64,000 nt of DNA, taken from assembly GCA_963749155.1 (NCBI GenBank), contig CAVVLO010000005.1, forward strand, positions 545,043-609,042. The letters are read 5' to 3'. Shown in pieces: positions 19,656 through 30,754 of this stretch. How positions within the stretch are numbered: the stretch's first letter is position 1; each line of letters begins with the position of its first letter. The DNA is from an uncultured Armatimonadia bacterium (GTDB lineage Bacteria > Armatimonadota > Zipacnadia > CAVVLO01). Both the position numbers and the translations under genes were made by a program. Under the pieces are notes generated by a model, which was not told the DNA's origin, did no database searches, and was given only the letters and a program-made list of their open reading frames with translations.

Positions 19656-20493
19656 CAAGGGCCTCCTCGAGGGCAACTTCGAAAGTCAGCCTGGGGCGCC
19701 AACCGAAGGCGCGTTCAGCTTTGGAAATATCCCACCAAAGCCCCACGGAGGGCACAGAGGCGCCAAGGCTTGCAAGTTTTGCGACTGCGCCTGGCCAGTA
19801 ACGCTCAACGACGGCCTGCGGATTTTCACGTAGTTCGACAGCATCCTCAGGCGCATACGGCACCCAGCCGGTGGTGTAATAAGCTTCGATGCCCGAAAGC
19901 TCTGTCTTAGCGGCCGCCACATGGGCTGCGACGAGGTCAGGCAGTAGCAAGCGAGCCGCAAGCAGGTTGGCGATGCTCTCGGCAGGCGGGGTGGGGAAGA
20001 AGGCCGGCGGCCTCAGCATTGCGATAGGTACGCCGCTTGCGCGATGCCAGGTGGCGCAGATATGCTCCTGGGTCGCTTTGGTAACACTATACATATCGAG
20101 GGGCGCCTGGATGGCCGCCGCTTCTCTTACAGGACAGCCTTCGGGGCCGGGCTCATAGCCGGTTACCGCGATACTGCTGGTGTGGACAATTTGCTTAACC
20201 CCTGCCGCAGAGGCGGCCTTGAGGACATTCCAGGTGCCCTGGATATTAAGCTGGATGTACTGTTCGTCAGTATAAGGCTTCCAGGGATGGATGGAGGCAC
20301 AGTTAATCACCTGGTCGGCGCCTTCGAAGGCCTCGCGAACGGCATCATAGTCGCCTAGATCAACCTGACGCCCAACGAGTCCCTCGGGCAAGGGCGCCAA
20401 GTCCAGTCCAAAGACTTCAAAATCGGACGCAAGCACCCTGGCCAGTGCAGAACCCAGATAGCCTGCAGCGCCTGTTATGACAATACGACTCAA
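19648..20493 (-). CDS. NAD-dependent epimerase/dehydratase (extended SDR)
   Basis: ITGAAGYLG, TSS and YSVTK catalytic motif. Confidence 0.9.
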   Translation of the reverse strand: MSRIVITGAAGYLGSALARVLASDFEVFGLDLAPLPEGLVGRQVDLGDYDAVREAFEGADQVINCASIHPWKPYTDEQYIQLNIQGTWNVLKAASAAGVKQIVHTSSIAVTGYEPGPEGCPVREAAAIQAPLDMYSVTKATQEHICATWHRASGVPIAMLRPPAFFPTPPAESIANLLAARLLLPDLVAAHVAAAKTELSGIEAYYTTGWVPYAPEDAVELRENPQAVVERYWPGAVAKLASLGASVPSVGLWWDISKAERAFGWRPRLTFEVALEEALDA

Positions 20494-20512
20494 GTTGGTT
20501 CCCTCCAGGAAA

Positions 20513-22738
20513 CTAGCGACGCGAGAAAAGATACAGGCCAGGCTCGGTTAGCAGGAACTGGTCGCCCTCAAGGCCGGTCGAGTAGAGTTTCCACCAGCCA
20601 GGCAAGAGAAGATGGATGGGTTCGGTTGGCGTATCGAGCAACTCCAGGCTGATGCGCCGGTTGCTGGCCTTGAGATTAAGTTTACAGCCGCGATACAGAA
20701 TATTCGAGACTCCCAGTTCGTTACAGGCCGAAGGCAGGTTGGGACTGAGTACAAGCCCGTCAGGTTTCGGTTCGATACCCAGGAAACCATATATCAAAAT
20801 TTGCGGCACCAGACTGCTTTCGAAGAACTCGAAATCGATACCCAGCCCACCCGCGGTGCCGCCTCCCTGCAAGGTTGTGCCCTGCTTGCCGTCCGCGTAG
20901 AAGGCCCGATAACCCCCCGCGGCCCAGCACTCCTGCTCCCAGGCGATAATCTCCTTCAGCCTCTGCCAGGCATCATCGGGGCCCTTAACCTTCAGCCGGG
21001 CCCAAAGGTCGTAGAAGCTGAAACCAAGCACGGCGCCGCCATCCTGCACCTGACCGCCCCAGGGCAAGCTTTCGGGGGCGGTCCAGCCCTGACCATACCA
21101 GTCGATGTTGCGCAGCGTGGTTGCCCGAGGGCCAAAACGCCACTTGTAGATGTCCTCTCCCTGCGAGGTGTCTCCTTCCACAAGCCGCTTGCCAGAGAGC
21201 CAGTCGAGTATGGCGCGGGCATGGTCCTCACTTGCCAGGCCATACCAGATGGAATCCAGATTCACAAAAGTGAAACCATAGTCGTGGGGTCTTCCATCGG
21301 CGTCAACACATATAGCAAAACGACCGGTTTTCGGATTCCAGAACTTGCGGTTGCTTACCTCGCGCACTCTGGCGGCATGGTTTCTTAGTCCGATTGGGTC
21401 AAGGGCAAGAGGGCCGTGCGAGATACCCCAACCAGGGTTGGCAAGCACTGCTTCTTCAAGATCAGCCAGCTCGAGTAGCGCCTTATGATAAAGGTTGGTG
21501 GTATACAGGTCATCTCCGCCGATTGGCAGGATGTCCCAATAGTTGGAGCCGATGCCCTGGCCTGGCCTGAAGGTCTTGGTCCCGTCCTCGTTCAGCACGA
21601 AATTGCCTCGGCCGGTGTGGCCGTTCCACGATTGGCGCACGAAGTCGAGTTGCAGCGTGTTGAATTCCGTCATCATAAAACGCAGCGAAGTGCGCAACTG
21701 GTTGATGCGCGCCCTGAGAAACTCCAAATCGCCCGTCCACTTGAAATAGTTGCAGCTGGCCAAAAGATAAATTGGGTTGTTGACCGGATGGCGAGTGTCA
21801 TAGGCGGTGAAGCACATCAACAGGTCGAACTGGCCCGTGGTTGAGCCAGGCGCAAGCGCGATGCGCAGCCGCTTGATGCGTCCCTGCCAAAGAGGGTGTT
21901 TATACATTGGAAACAGCGAGTGGGTCACGCCAAAGACATGGTCGTACTCGGAGGCGCCGGGGCGGTATTCAAAATAGACGCGCCGCTCGGGGCTCCAGTC
22001 GTCATCGCCCTCGCGTTGCCATTCGACATAAGGCGAGGTGGAAGTCTCTGAAAGGCCACTGCGCAGCCAGCGTAGCTGCAGCCAGGGCGCGTTGTAAGCA
22101 TCGAAAGTCGTGGCTTCAGGCAGCGTCAGCCTTGGGGAAGGGCCAGTTGCTACCAGCCGCCATTTGTTCTCCACGATGCCCTGAGAGTCCAGATTTTCAA
22201 GCTCCCAGCCCTGGGTAGCCCGGAGGCCTGTCCAGGGCAGAGTCGCCCAGTTTGTGGCATCTCCCCAGCCAAAGGCAAGCATCCCGACAGGATTTTCGGC
22301 GAAATTGAAGCCGAAAGTGTGACCCGCAAGGATCTGCTGGCTCCAGAAGGGGAAGGGCCAGCCGAAATCGTGCGAGCTGGAGGGGTGTTGATGGGTGTGG
22401 ATATACCCATCTGGCTCCATCAGGATAGAGGTCAGATCTTCTTTGTGGACGGCCTGGATGGCTTTACCGCGCGCTTTGTCCATCGCGCCACCAAGCCACA
22501 TATCGGAAAGCGTGACATATTCCTGGTTGAAGACGCAGTTATTGTTGCCCATCCGGTTTGAGAAGTGATACCAAAGAAACCGGTTCAGCACCTGGGCGGC
22601 TTCCTCATCGCCTGCGCATTCAAAGCGCGGGAAGTCCGCAGGCACACCTGGCAATAAGTCAGGGGGCGGCTCAACCACAGCGGCTGAGGCCCCGAGCAGA
22701 AAGCTCAATAAGCCGCACAACACCAGTAACTTGATCAT
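20513..22738 (-). CDS. Secreted six-hairpin glycosidase-like protein
   Basis: Signal peptide; YFKWTGDLEFL, NYWD, FWNPKTGRF, GFLGIEP (alpha/alpha)6-barrel pattern and C-terminal GH65C-like strand. Confidence 0.7.
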   Translation of the reverse strand: MIKLLVLCGLLSFLLGASAAVVEPPPDLLPGVPADFPRFECAGDEEAAQVLNRFLWYHFSNRMGNNNCVFNQEYVTLSDMWLGGAMDKARGKAIQAVHKEDLTSILMEPDGYIHTHQHPSSSHDFGWPFPFWSQQILAGHTFGFNFAENPVGMLAFGWGDATNWATLPWTGLRATQGWELENLDSQGIVENKWRLVATGPSPRLTLPEATTFDAYNAPWLQLRWLRSGLSETSTSPYVEWQREGDDDWSPERRVYFEYRPGASEYDHVFGVTHSLFPMYKHPLWQGRIKRLRIALAPGSTTGQFDLLMCFTAYDTRHPVNNPIYLLASCNYFKWTGDLEFLRARINQLRTSLRFMMTEFNTLQLDFVRQSWNGHTGRGNFVLNEDGTKTFRPGQGIGSNYWDILPIGGDDLYTTNLYHKALLELADLEEAVLANPGWGISHGPLALDPIGLRNHAARVREVSNRKFWNPKTGRFAICVDADGRPHDYGFTFVNLDSIWYGLASEDHARAILDWLSGKRLVEGDTSQGEDIYKWRFGPRATTLRNIDWYGQGWTAPESLPWGGQVQDGGAVLGFSFYDLWARLKVKGPDDAWQRLKEIIAWEQECWAAGGYRAFYADGKQGTTLQGGGTAGGLGIDFEFFESSLVPQILIYGFLGIEPKPDGLVLSPNLPSACNELGVSNILYRGCKLNLKASNRRISLELLDTPTEPIHLLLPGWWKLYSTGLEGDQFLLTEPGLYLFSRR

Positions 22739-22740
22739 TT

Positions 22741-25431
22741 TTAGTCCTCCTCACCGAAAACGCGTACCTGGAAGACCCTTGCAGAGGGATCTCCCCAGGT
22801 CTCCTCGCATACAAGGCGCAGTCGTGAAAGCTCAATCGGAGCAAAAGTATGGTCGCGCCAGTGGAGCTTGTTGCTAGCTACGACAGCGAGTTCCTGTTCC
22901 TCGCCGCCTGGAGTGATGCCAATCAGTCGGTATCGCTTGACCGCGCGCAGTGGGCCAGCGGCCCTTGGATGACGTGCCAGCAGGTCATTGTCGAAGGCGA
23001 GGCTTATCTTGCTGGCACGGACCGAGCGCGGGAAGGTCAGCTCAAGCCACTGAGGCAGCGACTGGTGCGGGTCAGATCGCCAACCGTTGTAACAGCGGGC
23101 ATCGGGCCGAGGCCAAAGCCCAGTGACCTGGCGAGGAGCGAAGGCGCCAGCGGTTAAGACTTTTGGCTGGGTAAGCAGGCCGAATCGCCAGCGGAAATAC
23201 TGGAGTTCCGCGCCAACGGCCGCCGCGCCATGCCAACCGGCCGGCGCCCACTCCAGCAGTGGCAGCGCCGCCCCCTCGACAGGTTCGAGTAGCAGGCCGT
23301 AGCACCGGCCGGGGAAGGCTCTTATTTCTGTGTCGAAGGTAACCCACTGGCGTCCTGTAGTTTTTAGAGAGGTGGCATACTCGCCAAGTTTTCGGCTGAC
23401 CGTTACATCGGCGCCTGGCCGTATCTCCACCAGAGCGCCCGAAAGGGTTGTGCCTGCCTCCCCTTCGACAAGCAGCTCAAGTCGTTCCAGGAAGTCGCCC
23501 TGGGCTTCAAAGAGCGGGCAGATAGCGCGCGAAAGCGGCACGCTGGCTTGCCAGGGCGCCTCGGCGAGTTGGGCGCAAATCGCAGCCTCGCGCTCCGCTA
23601 CAGTGCGATCGAAATATTCCGGCGCCCAGACGCTACTCGCGGAGACTCGGGCTTCAGGGGCTCTGTCAGCAAGGTCATGCAGGGGGATGTCGGGCAGCCA
23701 GGCGCCAGTTTGGAGCAGTCGCTGTTGTACTTCATCGTAGTCAGGATCGGAAAGCCCCGTGCAGGCAAGGGCACGTCGGACCATTACGGCTGCCGCGATG
23801 CCAACCGCCTGAGCTTCGACTGCACAGGTCGCCATTACGCGCGTAGAACCAAAGGCTACATGGGTGCAGCTTATGTTGCGACCAGCCATCAGCAGGTTGC
23901 AGATATTCCGCGACATCAGGGCGCGCAGGGGGACAGGATAGGGCCTGACTTCGCGCTGCAGGCAGGGCGGCTGGGGCGCCAGGATGCCTCCTGGGGGATG
24001 CAGGTCTATGGACCAACCGCCATAGGCGACAGTATCTTTCTTGGAGCCTGGATTCTCGATATAGCGCTGGGTCAATACTTCCTTGCCCACTAGCCTGCGC
24101 GACTCTCGCTTGCCTGGACGGTAGGGGATATAACAGAGTTGCCAGTAGGCAGCTTCGGCAGCATGGCGCGAGCGGTTTACGGTAAAGTCCCAGACTCCAT
24201 AAATAAGCGTAAGCAGCTTGTCTCTGATAAATTCGGCGTCTCGGATGGTGTCGAACTCGCCCCCGAAAGCTATCCACCAGTGGCCCCAGTCGAGGCGAGA
24301 GGGATCGCGGAAGGGCAGGTCGGCTTCCGACTCGAACCGGTGCGCCCAGGGGGGCGGGGTGAAGCCAACTGGCGCTTCTTTCTTTTCGGCGCGCCACATC
24401 ATCGAGCTGGAAAGCGTCTTGCTGTCGGCTTCAGAGGGCAGGGCCATTGTTTCGCCATATTCGTCCTGGGTTTCGCGACCGACCACATAATCGGCGCCAG
24501 CCAGCGCGCCCAGAGTAGCGTCACCAGTGCAGTCAATATAAACTTGCGCGGCGATTTCCACCAGTTTGCCAGAGAGTGGATCGCGTGCCAGGAGTGTAGC
24601 AAGGCGATTGGCTGCGGCCTTCTCGACGCTTTCGACCCAAAAGCCTTGGAGCAGCCTTACTGGCGTCGCTTCGAGGAATTCTGTGGCCGCCTGGTGCCAG
24701 TCGCCCAGTTCCATCGCGCGCGTCCAAAGCTCATCCAGTACGCCGGTCTCGCGCAGAGAGTCGTGAAAACGCCCAAGGGCGGCGCCTTCGACGGGGACGA
24801 ATATCTCCCGAGAAGCATTGCCTCCGAGCAGGGCAGGCCCTGTAACGAAGGCCACCGAGACGCCTTCCCGGCTGGCCGCGAGCGCCGCACAGATGCCAGC
24901 TACCCCTCCGCCTGCGACCACAACATCAACCTCGAGCCGCTCGCCGGGCGCCTTTTCAAAGGCGCCAGCTTCTCGGCGATACCGGTTGAGGGCCTCCCAA
25001 CCCGCCTCCGGCACGAAGGAGGCGTCCTGGCTGAGCATCACCGCGGCAAACCGGGCATACTGGCCTTTGGAAGCGACTTCCAGTCTGGCTTGCCCAGCCA
25101 GTTCGACTTCGCCCACTTTTTGCCAGTGCCAGTCAGGATTGTCATCTACCCCGAGCTCCCCGCCAACTGGTTCACCGTTCACAGCGAGATTGAAACTGCC
25201 AGGAGAATACTCCGGCAGCCAGTCACGGGTGTAGACCCAGATTAGATAGCGACCAGACTGAGGAATATCAACCTGCTTGATTGCGGGCCCTGCCAGGTGA
25301 TCGTAGCCAGGCGCCTCTGGGCCTGGAGCGAGCAGATACGCTCCGCCCATCACTTCGAAAAACTGATCATCGGCCAACCATTGACCAGGCTGATCGAATT
25401 GCGCGGCTTCCAGATATAGGTACTCAGACAT
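22741..25431 (-). CDS. FAD-dependent oxidoreductase (PF12831-type) with N- and C-terminal beta-sandwich domains
   Basis: VVVAGGGVAGICAALAA, LGGNASRE, IDCTGD, KRESRRLVG, AGRNISCTHVAFGSTRVMAT. Confidence 0.88.
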   Translation of the reverse strand: MSEYLYLEAAQFDQPGQWLADDQFFEVMGGAYLLAPGPEAPGYDHLAGPAIKQVDIPQSGRYLIWVYTRDWLPEYSPGSFNLAVNGEPVGGELGVDDNPDWHWQKVGEVELAGQARLEVASKGQYARFAAVMLSQDASFVPEAGWEALNRYRREAGAFEKAPGERLEVDVVVAGGGVAGICAALAASREGVSVAFVTGPALLGGNASREIFVPVEGAALGRFHDSLRETGVLDELWTRAMELGDWHQAATEFLEATPVRLLQGFWVESVEKAAANRLATLLARDPLSGKLVEIAAQVYIDCTGDATLGALAGADYVVGRETQDEYGETMALPSEADSKTLSSSMMWRAEKKEAPVGFTPPPWAHRFESEADLPFRDPSRLDWGHWWIAFGGEFDTIRDAEFIRDKLLTLIYGVWDFTVNRSRHAAEAAYWQLCYIPYRPGKRESRRLVGKEVLTQRYIENPGSKKDTVAYGGWSIDLHPPGGILAPQPPCLQREVRPYPVPLRALMSRNICNLLMAGRNISCTHVAFGSTRVMATCAVEAQAVGIAAAVMVRRALACTGLSDPDYDEVQQRLLQTGAWLPDIPLHDLADRAPEARVSASSVWAPEYFDRTVAEREAAICAQLAEAPWQASVPLSRAICPLFEAQGDFLERLELLVEGEAGTTLSGALVEIRPGADVTVSRKLGEYATSLKTTGRQWVTFDTEIRAFPGRCYGLLLEPVEGAALPLLEWAPAGWHGAAAVGAELQYFRWRFGLLTQPKVLTAGAFAPRQVTGLWPRPDARCYNGWRSDPHQSLPQWLELTFPRSVRASKISLAFDNDLLARHPRAAGPLRAVKRYRLIGITPGGEEQELAVVASNKLHWRDHTFAPIELSRLRLVCEETWGDPSARVFQVRVFGEED

Positions 25432-25559
25432 AAGGGCTCTCCCTGTTATCAACTGCTCTCCTACTCAGGTTCGCCGCGCGCGCCAGTTTCCCTTGCAGGA
25501 AGGCCAAAGCCTTCCTCGAAGCAGATAACTCCGCATATTAGCTGATGAGGTGCCACCCT

Positions 25560-28500
25560 ATGAGAAAGGCCCTGATATTGATTTTGCTGCTGGCAAGTTC
25601 TCTGGTGTTTGCCGCTTTCGAGCCCGAAACAGGGGTGGTGACCAACGAGCGCTGGAAGTCCGGCGTGCCTCTTGGAGGCGTCGGTTGTGGCGAATTCGAG
25701 TTTTTCACCGATGGCCGGATGGGCACCTTCGCCATCAACCATAACTGGGATCACGCAACAGGCCTCGAGAAGGGCGCCTTCTTCGGGCTTTGGACCAGAG
25801 GCCCGAAGGGCAGCGTAGCGCGCTCCTTGCGCCTTCAGGGCGGGCCAGAATATGAAGGCATCCAGGGCGTTGAGGGCACGCGCTTCCTGGGGCTTTTCCC
25901 TTATGCGACGCTGGACTGCCAGGACGAGGCGCTGCCTGTCGAAGCTAAAATCGAGGGTTTTGCCCCCCTTATCGCGCACGATGCGAAGAATTCCTCTCTG
26001 CCGGTTGCGACTTTCACTGTCAGCCTGAAGAACGTCACGGCTGCCCCTGTCGAGGCTGCCGTAGTCTTTGCGATGCCCAACTTGCTGGGCTTCGGCGGGA
26101 TGCGCGATACCGAGTGGAAAGACTTCTCGACCAATTATCAACGCCCCTTGTACACGACCACTATGGCCGGCCTGGTCTATGACACAGGCCTGGATTATGG
26201 GATGGATCGTAAGGCAAAACACTGTTGGCCAGTACGTGGTGGCCGTCGAGAAGAGCCCTGGCGCCGAGTATTCGCGCTGCCTGCTTTGGGATGCGGACAC
26301 GGAGCAATGCGGCTTCTGGCAGCGTTTTTCCACTTTGGGAGAGCTGCCTGCGCGGGCCACAGAGCGTAGCGCCGAGGTCACGAAGCCTGCCGGAGCGCTT
26401 TCGGCCAAATTTACCCTGGCTCCAGGTGAGAGTCGCGAGTTGCGGTTCGTCTTCGTCTGGTTTATGCCCCACCATATAACTGTCCACAAAGTGCTGAAGG
26501 GGGGAGGGCCTACCACAGAAGTGCCCGCCCCGGCCGCAATGGATGGGACAATCGCCACTCGTTTTGATACAGGGCGTCCGATGGTCGCAGGTGATGCCCT
26601 GGAGGTGCGTCAGCCCGCAGAACAACCCCTTGCCCTCTTCGTACTGGACAACCGCTCTTCTACCGGCGACTGGCCCAAAGGCTACAAATTGTGGGCAAGG
26701 AGCGGGGGAGAGTGGCAACTGCTCGATCAGGCGACCCTGGAGCAGGTTGACGCCCGGCAGGTAAAGGGCAGGCTGGCGTTGCCCCTGCAGGATGTTGTCG
26801 CCGATGCAATCAAACTTGAGGCCCTTGGCGGCGACGATTTTCACTTCTTCTCGGCCGATGAAGTCGAGCTATGGGCGCAGGGCGCCTCAGGCCCGGTCCA
26901 GCTCAAATTGCAGCCAGGCCAGGTTGTGGCGCACAAAGTGGGAGTCTCCGAGACCGCCGATATTGAGGATGTCGGCCACTATTATCTCAATTTCTTCGCT
27001 GACGCCACCGAGCTTGCCGAGTATGTGGTACCGCGTCTTGACAGCCTGAAGGAGGCGACGCGCAGCACCTGGCACCAGCCGATACTCGATTCCAACCTGC
27101 CCTGGTGGCTGAAGCTGAAGCTGATAAACGTAGCTTACGTGATGTTCTCGGACACCATCCTGACGAAGGATTTCCGCTTTGCAGTGCAGGAAAGTCCTCT
27201 CGATATGGGAGGCGCCCTGGGCACGATGGACCAGCGGATGGCCGCTCATGCGATGATGAGCCAGCTCTTTCCCGAGCTGGACGCGAGCGAGCTTGGCCTG
27301 TTTGCCCAGTGCCAGCGCGAAGATGGCCGCATCACTCACTTCTGCGGCAATCTCCACGACGTGATTGGCGACCCGCGCGTCGGCTACGGCATTACCGACT
27401 GGCCGGATTTATCGTGTTCCTGGTTGATGCAGGTGGTGAAACTGTATCGCTGGACGGGCGATGAGGAGTTTTTCAGCAAGATGTGGCCCCATATCCAGCG
27501 CGCGATGGCCTGGCTGAAGGAAGCCGACAAAGACGGCGACCAGGTACCCGAGGGCGGCAGTACCTACGATTATGAGACGCTGCCGCGCGGCAATTTCATC
27601 TACAACGCAAGTTGTTATCTGGGCGCGCTCAAGCACGCTGTCTGGGCGGCCGACCACATGGGAGATGCCGCGTTGGCGGCGACCTGGCGGGCTCAACTTG
27701 CCGCCACTCAGCAGGCGGTAATCCTCGACCTGTGGGATGAGGAACGCGGTTATTTCCACAAGTGGCATGGGCCTGTGACCCCAGAGCGCGCAGCAGAGGA
27801 GCGCGTCGAGAATTGCTTCGTGGCGCAGCTTGCCGGCGACTGGCTGAGCCAGCTTACAGGCCTGGGCACGACCTTGCCTGAGCCGTATCCCACCCAGGCC
27901 ATCGAGCAGGTCATTGGCAGGCATCAGAACAGCTTCTTCCCGATCCCGCCGATGGAAGTGCTGCCGGATGGCAAACTGTTCACAGCGGGCTGCTACGTGC
28001 TGCAACACGAGCCCTATCTCGGCTGTGAGGCTATCTACAAGGGCTTTGTGGACGATGGGCTGGAAACACTGAGGCGCGTCTACCTGGCCGCCTGGGAGGG
28101 CAACCGCAGCCCCTGGGACCAGTCGCTCTCCTACAACGCGCCCTCGGGCAGCCAGGGAGGGCTTATCCGCTATATGACCTGCCCGACCAGTTATCACGTG
28201 TTGCCGGCGCTGACAGGTTGCAGTCTCGACCTTGTCAGTGGCACGCTCTACTGCGCCCCGCGAGTGCCAAGTTATATGAAAACTCTTCACATACCCATCT
28301 TCCTGGGTGCTTTCAGCGGCTGGGTAGACTATGTACCAGGCAAGAGCCTCAAGCTCACGGTGAAGGAAGTTTTCTCAGAGCGCCCCATAACTCTGCGTCA
28401 GGTGCGCATAAGTGACGATACCGAGGCTATCTCGCTGCCGGAAGGCTTCGTGGCGAAACCGAGCGCAGTGCTGGACCTCTCCGCCTGGGTGAAGCAGCTA

Positions 28501-28995
28501 GAACTCGGTCCGAGCAAGAAAGTGGACTGGAACCTGCTGCCGCCTGCCGCTGCCCGTCAGGGCTATTCGTCGCGTGACTGGAAGGCCACCTGGGGCGACG
28601 TTACAGGCCCCTCCGGCCTGGCCTGGGGCACCGGAGATGCCTTCGATGGCGATGCGAAAACTCGCTGGACGACCAGCAGGCCGATGACTCCTGGCGACTG
28701 GCTGGTGCTGGACCTGGGGGAGAAGCTGCCTGTTGCAAGACTGGTGATGGATTCGAAGGCTTCACCTGGCGATTATGCCCGAGGTATCAGACTGGAGACC
28801 TCCGACAAGGGCAAAAACTGGACCAGAATACTCGAACTGGACGAAGCGACCTGCGCGAGCCTCCAAAAGGACGGGGTCTTCACGCTGGAACTGGAGAAGC
28901 CTGTAACGACGCGGTATATCAGGCTGACGACCCTTGGCGAGGCAGGCGGGCTGTTCTGGTCCATCCATGAACTCTATGTCGAGGGGCCGGGCTAG
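25560..28995 (+). CDS. GH116 family glycoside hydrolase with two F5/8 type C (CBM32-like) domains; one frameshift near 26211-26220
   Basis: SGVPLGGVGCG (GH116 N-terminus), GTMDQR, DKDGDQVPEG, TYD and QLAGDW; discoidin motifs AMDG...TRF and AFDGDAKTRW. One extra base separates the two ORFs. Confidence 0.82.
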
Positions 28996-29699
28996 TCTGG
29001 CAGGTGCAGCGGCAGGTATTCCATCAGCCTGAAAAGCAGTGGCGCATAGAGCAGGGCTGGCAAATAGTTGGTGGGCTTGAGCTTCTTGATATCGAGCAGC
29101 TCGAGCCCTATCGCCAGCACCAGCACGCCTCCCGCAGCGGCCATCTCCAGCACCGCCGCCTCGCTGAAAGAAGCCGAAAGGAAATAGCCTGCCGCCGTCA
29201 GCCCTCCCTGCACAACGAGGATAGTGATAAGGGAGAAGGCCACTCCATAGCCAAGCGCGGCTGACAGCGCCATACTGCTGAACAAATCCAGGGTTGATTT
29301 CACCGCAAGTAGCGTAAAATCGCCTTCCAGACCATCTTGCAGCGAGCCGACAACGGTCAGCGGCCCCACGCAGAAGAGGATACTGGCCGCAACATAACCC
29401 TCCACAAAGTGCGTTGAATCGCTTTTTACCGCGCGCTTGAGCTTCTCGCCGATGACCTTCAGGCGGTCTTCGAGTCCCAGCGCAGTGCCCGTAATAGCGC
29501 CGAGCATAACCGAAAGCAGCAATACAATGAGGTTGCTGGTGCCAAGTGCCATCTGCAGGCCGATCACGCAGGTGACAAGCCCAAGGGCCGCTACGGTGAC
29601 CTTTTTGATGCGGTCGGGCAGGCGAGAGCCAACCAGCAAGCCGACTGTGCAGCCTGCAGTGACAGTCGCCAGGTTTATCAGAGTGCCAAGCCCTACCAA
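28992..29699 (-). CDS. DUF554 family membrane protein
   Basis: GTLIN, LFCVGPLTVVGSLQDGL.GD..LL.VKS.LD, NYLPALL. Confidence 0.92.
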   Translation of the reverse strand: MVGLGTLINLATVTAGCTVGLLVGSRLPDRIKKVTVAALGLVTCVIGLQMALGTSNLIVLLLSVMLGAITGTALGLEDRLKVIGEKLKRAVKSDSTHFVEGYVAASILFCVGPLTVVGSLQDGLEGDFTLLAVKSTLDLFSSMALSAALGYGVAFSLITILVVQGGLTAAGYFLSASFSEAAVLEMAAAGGVLVLAIGLELLDIKKLKPTNYLPALLYAPLLFRLMEYLPLHLPD

Positions 29700-29710
29700 G
29701 TGGGGGCCTC

Positions 29711-30754
29711 CTACTCGATATCAGCGAACTGGGAGCCTTTCTCCCTGAAGCGCGCTAGTACCTGCTCGGGAGAGGCCGTGCCTGTAGTGCCAAGTTGCTG
29801 GACTGTTAGGGAGGCGACCAGGTTGCCGATTGCCGCCGCCTCGGCCAGAGTCGCGCCCGCCGCCAGTGACAGCGCGGCGCCTGCCGCAAAGCTGTCTCCA
29901 GCGCCCACTATGTCGACCGGGCCTTCGACAGGAACCGAGGGCACCAGGCACTCGAGATTGGGGGCTTTCGTAAATACACCTTTTTCGCCGAGAGTGAGCA
30001 ACACTGCCTGACCACTCTGAGCCAGGAGCCTGGCCGAGAGGGCCGAAAGCGCCCTGGTATCCTCGGGAGAAGGCTCTGCAACGCCAGCAGCCTGGCTGCC
30101 TTCAGTCAGATTCAGCTTGAGCGCGACGTTTGCAAAACGGTTGATACGCGTGCGCGAGTCAGCCAGCACGACGATATCGGGACGCCTGGCCGCAACGCCT
30201 GCAAGCCAATCACGCACTGGGCCTGTGACGGCGCCACAGTCTTCTTCCTGCACCTGATCCATCACGACAATCGCGTGAACCTCGGGCAGCAGGGCCTCGA
30301 GACTTGCGATAACCTGCGCCTCCAGGTCAGCAGGCAACAGGATGCGGTTTTTGCGGTCGAAGCGATTCATCTCGACCTCGCTTCCATCGGTAAGCCGCAT
30401 CGGTTTGGTGTAGGTGGGGGTGGCTCTAAGTGGACTTTCGTGCAGATGCGAAAGATTTGCGCCTCGCTCGGACAGCCCGCGCTTCAGTTCGTAGCCCTCG
30501 CCATCTTCACCGATGACTCCCACCGGCCAGAGAGTGCCGAGTCCCAGCGCCAGCAGGTTGTTCGCCACCGTGCCAGCCGCGCCTGGGCTTGTGCGCGCGC
30601 CAGTCACCTGAAAAACCTCCAGGCCTGTCTCAATTGAGACTTCTGCGAGCGCGGGATCGACCGTCCAGTACCGGTCCAGGAAGAAATCTCCGACCAGTGC
30701 CACGCGCAGATGGCCAAACTGGGCTAGTAATTCAGCGACTCGGGCTTCCCTCAT
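29711..30754 (-). CDS. PfkB-family sugar(-phosphate) kinase resembling the HldE/RfaE kinase domain
   Basis: VGDFFLDRY, PGAAGTVANNL, TLGEKG, VDIVGAGDSF. Confidence 0.85.
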   Translation of the reverse strand: MREARVAELLAQFGHLRVALVGDFFLDRYWTVDPALAEVSIETGLEVFQVTGARTSPGAAGTVANNLLALGLGTLWPVGVIGEDGEGYELKRGLSERGANLSHLHESPLRATPTYTKPMRLTDGSEVEMNRFDRKNRILLPADLEAQVIASLEALLPEVHAIVVMDQVQEEDCGAVTGPVRDWLAGVAARRPDIVVLADSRTRINRFANVALKLNLTEGSQAAGVAEPSPEDTRALSALSARLLAQSGQAVLLTLGEKGVFTKAPNLECLVPSVPVEGPVDIVGAGDSFAAGAALSLAAGATLAEAAAIGNLVASLTVQQLGTTGTASPEQVLARFREKGSQFADIE

